A stretch of 64,000 nt of DNA from a virus (lineage: Duplodnaviria; Caudoviricetes): IMG/VR virus record IMGVR_UViG_3300027708_000013; one strand, 5' to 3'. How positions within the stretch are numbered: the stretch's first letter is position 1; each line of letters begins with the position of its first letter. This document shows, one piece after another, positions 35,534 to 43,080 of the stretch. The position numbers and the translations under genes were made by a program. The notes below the pieces were generated by a model. The model made no database searches, was not told the origin of the DNA, and was given only the letters and a program-made list of their open reading frames with translations.

Positions 35534-35608
35534 TGGTGGAGGATGAGAGAATCGAACTCTCTTGACCTACGTGCAAGGCAGGCATAATATCCAGTATATG
35601 AATCCCCC
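35534..35608 (-). tRNA. tRNA-Ala(TGC)
   Basis: G3:U70; CCTGC-CTTGCAC-GTAGG; CCA. Confidence 0.92.
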
Positions 35609-35614
35609 ATAGTA

Positions 35615-35697
35615 TGGCTCCGCGGCTAGGGCTTGAACCTAGCTAGTCTTTCGACACAGATTAACAGTCTGCTGCCACACCCGGCGGCTCCCGCGGA
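35615..35697 (-). tRNA. tRNA-Asn(GTT) with extended variable arm
   Basis: GCAGA-CTGTTAA-TCTGT; variable arm GTC-GAAA-GAC; G73, CCA. Confidence 0.88.
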
Positions 35698-35754
35698 ATA
35701 ATTTATAACACACTCCGCCACGGCGATTTCACTCCCACCTGGTTCCAGAATGTG

Positions 35755-35849
35755 TATAGTCGAACACTCGGGAGTGAGACTTGCACTCACACAGCAGGCT
35801 CTCATCGTCCCGCATCCTAGCATTAGATCATCCCAAATGCTCGACTATA
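35755..35849 (-). ncRNA. tRNA-like domain on an extended 19-bp helix, no CCA
   Basis: TATAGTCGAGCATTTGGGA/TCCCGAGTGTTCGACTATA (G-U on minus); D-loop-like GATCTAATGCTAGGAT; T-arm GTGAG-TGCAAGT-CTCAC; 10-nt pseudo-anticodon loop. Confidence 0.62.
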
Positions 35850-35956
35850 TACTGATTTTTCACACTACACAAAGTGCTCCATCCTAGTATCCGCCCGTTC
35901 AACATGTTATCTTTATAGTGCCCTGTCATGGACCTCGTTTCCGAGACACTTAAAAC

Positions 35957-36028
35957 AAAAAACCCTGGAGTTGTTAGTTCCAGGGTCTTAGATAAAATAT
36001 AAAATGGATTAAATCTTATCTAAGACCC
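35957..36028 (-). terminator. Overlapping antiterminator/terminator (attenuator) ahead of the tRNA array
   Basis: Antiterminator GGGTCTTAGATAA (36016-36028) pairs with TTATCTAAGACCC (35983-35995). Terminator ACCCTGGA/TCCAGGGT+T6 (35957-35986) shares ACCC with it. Confidence 0.75.
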
Positions 36029-36153
36029 CCGGGTTCACGATTGCTGTTGCTGTCAATTGACATCGCTATCGTTGCAAACTGTAGCCAATTGGCCAACACG
36101 CCTGATGTTTTCGGCTGTGCATGTAAACAAGTGGTATAGTTTCTTAATTTCAT
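36016..36153 (-). CDS. Putative attenuator leader peptide (45 aa)
   Basis: Not in the ORF track. MKLRNYTTCLHAQPKTSGVLANWLQFATIAMSIDSNSNREPGGLR; starts about 10 nt after the TATACT box; the stop codon lies in the antiterminator 5' arm. Confidence 0.65.
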   Translation of the reverse strand: MKLRNYTTCLHAQPKTSGVLANWLQFATIAMSIDSNSNREPGGLR

Positions 36154-36162
36154 AATATATCT

Positions 36163-36191
36163 AGTATAGTTTATTTAGCATTTTGTGTCAA
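36163..36191 (-). promoter_or_regulatory. tRNA operon promoter
   Basis: TTGACA-17-TATACT, with an embedded CTAAATA late-type box. Confidence 0.75.
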
Positions 36192-36235
36192 GTATGTTTG
36201 GTTAAATAGTTGTTGCGTAAACGCAACAGATTTAA

Positions 36236-36826
36236 TCAAGTTGGTTTTTTCAGTAAAAAAGTCACAATACATCTATCTGTCAAATGGAACCAGTCTGAGC
36301 CAGGCTTTATTACTCCTTGTTCTGTTATTTCAAATAAATTTTTAAAATTATTCTGCCAACGGTTGACCTCTGCTTCAAAACTAAATTCGGGATGGTTGCT
36401 CCAGACTACTACCGATACAAAAACATAATCTTGAGTTAAACGATGTAATTCATTTATTGTGTGTGCTAATAATTCTTCATTTAATAAATGTATTACAAGA
36501 TTACACATTACAAAATCATACTGTCCGTCAGGATAATGATTGTATTTTTCAATGTAAGGATCATATCGTGTATACTGTATGTTGGGAAAATGCTGTTGAA
36601 GATTTTCAATAAATGTCGACTCACCGCACCCATAATCTAGTATAGTTTTAGGATTAATTTTAGGTATCAACTGCTGAATTGATACTCCTTCATGCAGGCG
36701 ATAATACTTGGATCTCCCCCAGTCCAGTGGATATTGATCGGCAAATTCTCCTGAGTAGATTTTTTTTATATATTTGCCTAGGTCATCAAATCCCAGGGTT
36801 TTCATTATGTTTCTTTTGAAGATCAT
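36236..36826 (-). CDS. Class I SAM-dependent methyltransferase
   Basis: ILDYGCGES motif I, YDPY, YDFVMC..VIH. Confidence 0.85.
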   Translation of the reverse strand: MIFKRNIMKTLGFDDLGKYIKKIYSGEFADQYPLDWGRSKYYRLHEGVSIQQLIPKINPKTILDYGCGESTFIENLQQHFPNIQYTRYDPYIEKYNHYPDGQYDFVMCNLVIHLLNEELLAHTINELHRLTQDYVFVSVVVWSNHPEFSFEAEVNRWQNNFKNLFEITEQGVIKPGSDWFHLTDRCIVTFLLKKPT

Positions 36827-37992
36827 CTATTACCCTGGTCTAGGTCAGGTGCATCTCCAAGACAGTAGAACGGACTTAAAAATCCAACGAATCCCACTGC
36901 ACAATCAAATTCTTTATTAAAATACTTGTCATCCACTGTGTTTTCAAGTAGCGTTAATCCTGCTTTCCAATTTATGTATGCTGTAGAATCTTTAAGATTT
37001 TTGTAGAACCAGTAGTCCATTTCTGGATAGAAATTATTAGTCGGCTTACTGACTTGGAATGTGGTTGGATCCCAATTGGTATAGATCAATGGTCTGATTA
37101 TATGTTCAAATGTAGTGCGTTGTGCTACAGAGTGATTTGGCCATCGTACCAAATGTTGTAAAAACTGGTTTTGTTTTGCGGAAAACCAGTTTTTAATTAT
37201 ATGTGCTTGTTTATGTAAAATTTCAGGAAAATCTGGGGTCCAATAGAAATATTCATTGGTCAAGTTGTTGTATTCGTACATTACGGAATTAGAATGGTTG
37301 GCTTGAAAGTCGATGAAATATGCATACCATTTTCCATCTTTAATACAAATCTTGGGTTTGTCAATGCCATAAAGAATACAAATACTTTTCCCTGTATCGG
37401 CTAATTTATGGTGACCATCAAAACTGATATTATCATGTTTAAATGCATGACTTGGCTGTAAAAAATCTTTTGCTCTAAAAATCCATGTTTCGTCGAGATC
37501 TGCATTGATCATGTCTTGGCTAAAATCGTGAACAGTAATTTTAGTAGCGGGGCTTACCTTGGCGATCCATTTTAATGCAGGTTTTGTGGCATACTCATAT
37601 TCACTTAGGAAGTTTTCTGGTTTACTATTATACGGATTTGGATCCATATTATGAGTACCTGATTCGGGATAACGAAATACTACTTCATCTAGAGTAATAT
37701 TGTTAAGTAAAAAACTAAACAGTATTGTAGTGGAATCTGCTCCCCCACTAAACTCTAGTCTAATGTAATCATATCTGTCTCGTAGTTGCTGTGCCCGTAA
37801 TCGATACATTTCGTTTATATCAACCTGTGGCTCTACTAGCCAATCAAGTGCACCAAACACGTCATTATTAAAATTCCAATGCGGAAATTGATTTGTTTTT
37901 GTTGCCAACATCAATGCATCAACTTTACTGTAGATGCATTGATCCCCTACAGTGTAAAACCCCAGCTTTGGATTGTTATCAAAGGTAAACAA
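36823..37992 (-). CDS. PP-loop protein, paralog C
   Basis: RLEFSGGADSTTI; LGFY.VG, LYGIDKP, NEYFYWTPDFPE shared with paralogs A and B. Confidence 0.7.
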   Translation of the reverse strand: MFTFDNNPKLGFYTVGDQCIYSKVDALMLATKTNQFPHWNFNNDVFGALDWLVEPQVDINEMYRLRAQQLRDRYDYIRLEFSGGADSTTILFSFLLNNITLDEVVFRYPESGTHNMDPNPYNSKPENFLSEYEYATKPALKWIAKVSPATKITVHDFSQDMINADLDETWIFRAKDFLQPSHAFKHDNISFDGHHKLADTGKSICILYGIDKPKICIKDGKWYAYFIDFQANHSNSVMYEYNNLTNEYFYWTPDFPEILHKQAHIIKNWFSAKQNQFLQHLVRWPNHSVAQRTTFEHIIRPLIYTNWDPTTFQVSKPTNNFYPEMDYWFYKNLKDSTAYINWKAGLTLLENTVDDKYFNKEFDCAVGFVGFLSPFYCLGDAPDLDQGNR

Positions 37993-38011
37993 TATCAGTT
38001 TCCTATTTTTT

Positions 38012-38923
38012 TTATTTTAAAACAATTTCAGATGTAATTTGTTTCCAAATAAAATTTTGTTTATTAAACCATGGCTGTATGCGGTCGTCACTCATCTGAT
38101 TGAGAGACTGACAACGATGGGCAAAATATGCCTTATCCAGTGCAGGACTACGTCCGGCTTTTACCAAAATATCACGCCATTCTTTTGCCTTTTTGGCCGG
38201 CACCTGATTGGAGATGACCAGGTGCGATGGTGCATTCATTTGGCTTAGTATTTTTGGAAATCCATTACTGACTAGTGTTGGAATTTTATCAATGGCTTTT
38301 TCGCCGGTGATGCCTAGGTTATACAATTTATTTTTTTCTTCTGTGGCAGTTACATATTGTTCGCTGTCACCTATAAAAGCCACTGAGAAATCCGTAGTGC
38401 CACTCAGCGTTGCTAAAACAGCATCAGTTGTACTTTTAAAAGGAACCACAATCATATTGGGATATTTTTTAGCAACCTCGGTGGCCACTAAGTGAGTGGT
38501 AATACCCAGTCCACTGACAGAGATTGTCAGTGGCCGATCAGTGGGGACATCTTTCCACGATTTATATTTCTTAGCAAATACACCAAGCGGTGCATCGCAG
38601 TCTGGCATCAACTGCTGAAAATCTTCCACACGATGACTTTCGTTGGGGAAAAAGTTTGGACGAATCCAAAACGCAGAGCTGGTTGCTAAAATGGTATTTG
38701 GAGTTTTAGCAACATACTGAGCTGCAATACTAGCACCGGCACCAGGTTTGGTATCAAAAATAAATGTGTATTGGTCCTGAATCTTATTTGCTTCTTGTGC
38801 CAGTGTGCGACTAAAATTGGCGGCTATATCACTTGGGCTCCAGCCATATATAATTGTTACTGTTTCTCGGGCGTGAGTGGTTAATGTGAAAGTGGCTAGC
38901 AAAATTGCTAAAATTTTTTTCAT
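38012..38923 (-). CDS. Bug/TctC (tripartite tricarboxylate transporter) solute-binding protein
   Basis: Signal peptide; KPGAGASIAAQYV, SGLGITTHL, VPFKSTTDAV...LSG..D, IPTL...G; promoter TTGACT-17-TATAAT at 38950-38978. Confidence 0.85.
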   Translation of the reverse strand: MKKILAILLATFTLTTHARETVTIIYGWSPSDIAANFSRTLAQEANKIQDQYTFIFDTKPGAGASIAAQYVAKTPNTILATSSAFWIRPNFFPNESHRVEDFQQLMPDCDAPLGVFAKKYKSWKDVPTDRPLTISVSGLGITTHLVATEVAKKYPNMIVVPFKSTTDAVLATLSGTTDFSVAFIGDSEQYVTATEEKNKLYNLGITGEKAIDKIPTLVSNGFPKILSQMNAPSHLVISNQVPAKKAKEWRDILVKAGRSPALDKAYFAHRCQSLNQMSDDRIQPWFNKQNFIWKQITSEIVLK

Positions 38924-39031
38924 AAATTTCCTTTGATTTAATTTATTATATTATACTTGATACTTGTTGGTAAGTCAATTGAACAATTACTTTTATTAAA
39001 ATCGAACAGTGGTGTTGCAGAATGTTGCCTG

Positions 39032-40408
39032 TCAACGACGGCGTCGTGGTTCACTTACACCACGTGGTACTCGACGTGATTCTGAAAACCTTAATTCATC
39101 TGATGCTGGTCCAGCAACTGGTACCGGAGCGGCATTGGGTTGTGCCGGGGGTGTTGGTGCAGTTGCCGGGGGAACTTGAGATTTTTTACGAGCGCCTAAT
39201 TCTGGAAATACTTTCATTAATCTTGTTGGTAATTTATCAGGTGCAACTCCATGTGATAAATCTGCTGTTATAGTATTAGCAACTTGTAAAATAGTCTCAG
39301 GATCAGTGACTCCGTAGTGACTGCAGATCTGTTCTGCGTATTTTGCTATGCTTTTCTTACGCTCAGCCACAGTTTTGGCCGACACAAGTGCATCGTCATT
39401 GGCCTTAAATTTTCCAGCACGAACCGGGCCAGATCCCGGTGCTAGTATCACTTGTGGCATCATTTCGCTTTCGGGAGCATATATATAAGTAGTACCAACT
39501 CCAATGTTACCATTCATTTCCGCATAGTCCACAAAGTACTGTAATTGCTCTGTGGGCAAATCCAGTAACAACATACCTGCAAATGCCGAATACTTTTTAT
39601 AATTATCGTAACCAGTACTAAGATAAGAATTGACCACGGCACTGGCATCTCCCGACATCAATGCCTGTTGATATAAAGAATTATCTACAAATTTAAATGT
39701 GCAATCGGCAATTTTTTTAGCCGTTGCCCGTAATTTTTTTGGATCAATTTGGGGACGAATAGAGTCAACCCAATATGATGTGTTAATTCGATCAGGTATT
39801 GCAGTGGGATCAATGTTTGAATTTTCTACTATCGCTGTAACAATACCTTGCAGGTCTAATTTAGCTTTGCGAGCATTGATCCAACGCCCACCTTTGCTTG
39901 CACGAGCTTTGACTTCTATAGCTTTCTTTTTAACTTGGATGTCTCCACCGCCGCCAGAATATCCCGACCAAACAATTTCTGGGCTTAACACTGCCAATGC
40001 CACTTCGCAAGGACCAACACCTTGACTTGTTAGGTCTAGACTGAGTTGTTTAAATAATTCTAAGGAAAACCCGGTACCAACCAGTTCTGACAGCGAATGT
40101 AATTTTCCATCCAACAATAGAGATGAATTAATTACTGAACCCGAACTATATTTGTCTAAGAAAGCATTTTTCTCTTCGATTGGCGATTCGATGCTTATTA
40201 TTGCTGATACGATTTTTTTCAAAAAAGGTTGAGCATCACCGTCTTTACCAATGACACTTTTAATACGGTCATCAATATTTCCAGCTTTAAGTGTATTAAG
40301 TACTCGTTGCAATACTGCAAAATCATCTGTAGCATGAACTACTTTGATAATTTCTTTTTTAAGTTGTGGGTCTTCAAATAAATTAATTAGTTTTCTTAAA
40401 TCGGTCAT
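39032..40408 (-). CDS. Hypothetical protein with PD-(D/E)XK-like motif and head-internal-type N-terminus
   Basis: Start MTDLRKLINLFE at 40408; GPCEVALAVL...GGGDIQV...IEVKA; Pro/Ala-rich tail. Confidence 0.65.
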   Translation of the reverse strand: MTDLRKLINLFEDPQLKKEIIKVVHATDDFAVLQRVLNTLKAGNIDDRIKSVIGKDGDAQPFLKKIVSAIISIESPIEEKNAFLDKYSSGSVINSSLLLDGKLHSLSELVGTGFSLELFKQLSLDLTSQGVGPCEVALAVLSPEIVWSGYSGGGGDIQVKKKAIEVKARASKGGRWINARKAKLDLQGIVTAIVENSNIDPTAIPDRINTSYWVDSIRPQIDPKKLRATAKKIADCTFKFVDNSLYQQALMSGDASAVVNSYLSTGYDNYKKYSAFAGMLLLDLPTEQLQYFVDYAEMNGNIGVGTTYIYAPESEMMPQVILAPGSGPVRAGKFKANDDALVSAKTVAERKKSIAKYAEQICSHYGVTDPETILQVANTITADLSHGVAPDKLPTRLMKVFPELGARKKSQVPPATAPTPPAQPNAAPVPVAGPASDELRFSESRRVPRGVSEPRRRR

Positions 40409-40418
40409 AGTACAGTAT

Positions 40419-41171
40419 TTAGCTTTTTGCAAAGTAGAAATCTCTATCCAGCCACGTAAATACCAGCTCTTCTTGCCGCACATAACCGTAGCGATTTAAC
40501 GATTGTTTTACACTGTCGTTGACTAAATTTAAATCAGCTAGGTCGTGCCACGACGTGGTTACAGGATCCTGTGGATCTACGGTTTTATACACTGCCGCTG
40601 TGAGCCAATCGCGATCATCGGTCATGGAAAAATAACTGTCTTTGCAGTCAAATCCCGACACAGCCAACATGTACATTAGATTACAAATGTTGTAGTGATA
40701 GTAACAACCACTGTGGCTTTGTGTGTTTAATCTATTGTAGTGATAGGCCTGGTGCAAGGGCAAACTCAAAATCAACATGCCATTTACATTCATGTTTTGA
40801 TTCCAGACAGCAAGAGTCTGCAAGGGATTCAACGCATATTGAAAAGCATCATGACACCAAATCAAGTCAATTTGTCTGGGAATCAGTCTGGTACTGAAAT
40901 CGCCCTGTACGGGAACCACATTGGAGTTAGACAACACCGACGGCTCAATTTGCTCCGTATTGAGATCCACAGCATAACAGGTGTAATTGTGCGGTTCAGG
41001 CGGATCTTGTCTATCCTTCAGGGTAGCCCACCATGCTGTATCCAGTCCTGCCCCCGAACCCATGTCAGCAACAACTTCTAAACTGTATAAAAAATCATCA
41101 TATTCATACAACATCTTGAACGTTTCAAGGCTGTGTGCATGACTGGCATGTGCGTTTTTAAACTGTGCCAT
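40419..41171 (-). CDS. Class I SAM-dependent methyltransferase
   Basis: VADMGSGAG, YAVDL, DLIWCHDAFQY..NP. Confidence 0.85.
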   Translation of the reverse strand: MAQFKNAHASHAHSLETFKMLYEYDDFLYSLEVVADMGSGAGLDTAWWATLKDRQDPPEPHNYTCYAVDLNTEQIEPSVLSNSNVVPVQGDFSTRLIPRQIDLIWCHDAFQYALNPLQTLAVWNQNMNVNGMLILSLPLHQAYHYNRLNTQSHSGCYYHYNICNLMYMLAVSGFDCKDSYFSMTDDRDWLTAAVYKTVDPQDPVTTSWHDLADLNLVNDSVKQSLNRYGYVRQEELVFTWLDRDFYFAKS

Positions 41172-41412
41172 TTTGTAATATTTCCATAATTAATTTTTCT
41201 TTGAGAGCATTGAGTCTGGGCTCAAGTTGATAGTAGGCTTCGGCTATTTCATTGTCTGTGCCCCACGAACGTTGTGTGGCCAAATGACATGCAAATCTTC
41301 CCACTGCGTCTTTTTCCAACTGTACGTCCACTGCATGGTCTCGTGGCTTAGCCAGACAACAACAGTTGTATTCTTCTAACAACACATCTGCCCGAGTTTT
41401 CCAGTCCATCAT
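41158..41412 (-). CDS. Hypothetical protein
   Basis: 84 aa ORF coupled to uvsY. Confidence 0.65.
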   Translation of the reverse strand: MMDWKTRADVLLEEYNCCCLAKPRDHAVDVQLEKDAVGRFACHLATQRSWGTDNEIAEAYYQLEPRLNALKEKLIMEILQNGTV

Positions 41413-41861
41413 ACCACAATGTCCTCCATACCTGCTGTACGCAGTCTCACTACATGTCCCAGCATGAAATTTTTACTCTCAATCCCCTTCATCACTCCCA
41501 GCCACTTGTTACGAAGCAAGGCCACCTCATTGATTATTGTTTCCATATCAATCACTTCATCTTCGGCTTCGGCATACTTTTCAGCATCTCTACTGGTCAG
41601 TGCCCTGGCATAGGCTTCAAGATATTTTTTATAGTGTGTTTGACGAATCCTTCTCAACTGTATGTTGAGAAATTCCAATACTGCTTCAATTTCTTGCAAT
41701 TGATTGAATCTGTGTTCTGTTTCTCCGGGCAAGTTACTTAAGGCCCGTTCCACATTGCCACGTATTTTAATTTCTGATTTGGCCGCAAGTAGTTCGCCTT
41801 CATAGTATTCTATAAAAGCAGGAATTTCTCCCAGGTTGGCTACTACTCGATTATACCACAT
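41409..41861 (-). CDS. uvsY: Recombination mediator UvsY
   Basis: C-terminal KGIESKNFMLGHVVRLRTAGMED, helical, 150 aa. Confidence 0.8.
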   Translation of the reverse strand: MWYNRVVANLGEIPAFIEYYEGELLAAKSEIKIRGNVERALSNLPGETEHRFNQLQEIEAVLEFLNIQLRRIRQTHYKKYLEAYARALTSRDAEKYAEAEDEVIDMETIINEVALLRNKWLGVMKGIESKNFMLGHVVRLRTAGMEDIVV

Positions 41862-43080
41862 GTGCTACCTCTTGTTCTAACCACGGAAATGTTGTGCGCC
41901 AATCGGTATTGCGTCTACGATCTAGCTCTGTTAAGTATACTATCAATTTTAAAATTTCGCTAGTATTTTGGCTAGAATTACTAATTTGTAAACGTATACC
42001 ATTCATATACTCTTTTGATATTAGATCGGGCATTTCATCTAGTATATCTCGAAAATACAAATCAAATACATTGCCTAGTATGTCTGGATTCATATAACTG
42101 GGTTCTGTCACGGACATAAAGTATTGTCCGATTGGACGTTGACGTCTGAAACTGTTTACGTATTTACACAATTCTAAAGTGGTGGGAATTGATAATACTG
42201 ATACAGTTTGATTTATGTTTAGAGTTATCCACTTTTCATTTACAAGGAATTCGAAGTTCCTTTGCCATTGGTCTAGGTTTAATCCATGTCTGATATACTC
42301 TTGTTCCGTCCCCCAACAATCAATGCTGGCTGTTATGTCTAGGCGTTTGATTTTACGTTTTGCTACTAGTTTTTTAATACGCATGATTTGTGATTTAAAC
42401 TTGTCGGGGTCAATCATCAAATTACTAATTATGTTAAGCTCTAATTCTCGATTGACATGAGAGTTTAAAAAATCTAAACATACATTAAACTGCGGTTGAT
42501 AAAAAGGTTCTCCACCTAATATGTGTAGCCTATGTAGGCTTGAGTAATGCCGATCCATCCAAGTCCAAAAGCCATTGGTAATTTCCTCAAACCTATCATT
42601 CTTTTTTGATGTATTTTCTATCACTAATCCGGACTGTTCAAAACGTCCAAACTTAGTATTTTCATGTTGTATCTTACTACTAAATTTATCAGTACAATAA
42701 ATGCAACTCATGTTGCATACGTTATCAAAATAAACTTCAAGTATCCTGGGAGTTACTTCTATTGCTGTGGGATTAGTATCTAATTCTTCTGGCACCAAAT
42801 TGGGTATTTGTAAATGCATCATACGGTCACTAGATCCGCCGGCATGTTCTATCTTGCTACAGTACTCACACCCACCTGCGGGCCACTTGCCTTCTAACAT
42901 TAAACGACGATCGTCCAACTTCTTTGGGGTGTTATGAAAACTATCAAAGTTATCTATAATAGAACTTTTATCAACACGATGACAACTATTTGTATTTGCT
43001 TCGTACAAATATACACTACTCCATGTCCATTTAAGCTGACATGCTGTTGCTGTTTTGATTGGAAAATATTTATTCATCAA
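41851..43080 (-). CDS. Radical SAM protein with N-terminal Cys-rich (twitch-like) domain
   Basis: CNMSCIYC, LHILGGEPF, ISNL, ASID.WG.EQEYIR.G. Confidence 0.9.
   Translation of the reverse strand: MMNKYFPIKTATACQLKWTWSSVYLYEANTNSCHRVDKSSIIDNFDSFHNTPKKLDDRRLMLEGKWPAGGCEYCSKIEHAGGSSDRMMHLQIPNLVPEELDTNPTAIEVTPRILEVYFDNVCNMSCIYCTDKFSSKIQHENTKFGRFEQSGLVIENTSKKNDRFEEITNGFWTWMDRHYSSLHRLHILGGEPFYQPQFNVCLDFLNSHVNRELELNIISNLMIDPDKFKSQIMRIKKLVAKRKIKRLDITASIDCWGTEQEYIRHGLNLDQWQRNFEFLVNEKWITLNINQTVSVLSIPTTLELCKYVNSFRRQRPIGQYFMSVTEPSYMNPDILGNVFDLYFRDILDEMPDLISKEYMNGIRLQISNSSQNTSEILKLIVYLTELDRRRNTDWRTTFPWLEQEVAHVV

Noticed and set aside
32223-35823. ORF-track ORFs overlapping tRNA genes (e.g. 32394-32576, 34128-34310, 34191-34553, 34501-34695, 34916-35152, 35626-35823)
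   Set aside because: They are translations of tRNA sequence on either strand, with no Shine-Dalgarno or protein-like motifs.
30829-36200. CRISPR array
   Set aside because: The repeated motifs are tRNA T-arm/CCA sequences and inverted repeats; there are no equal-length direct repeats with unique spacers.
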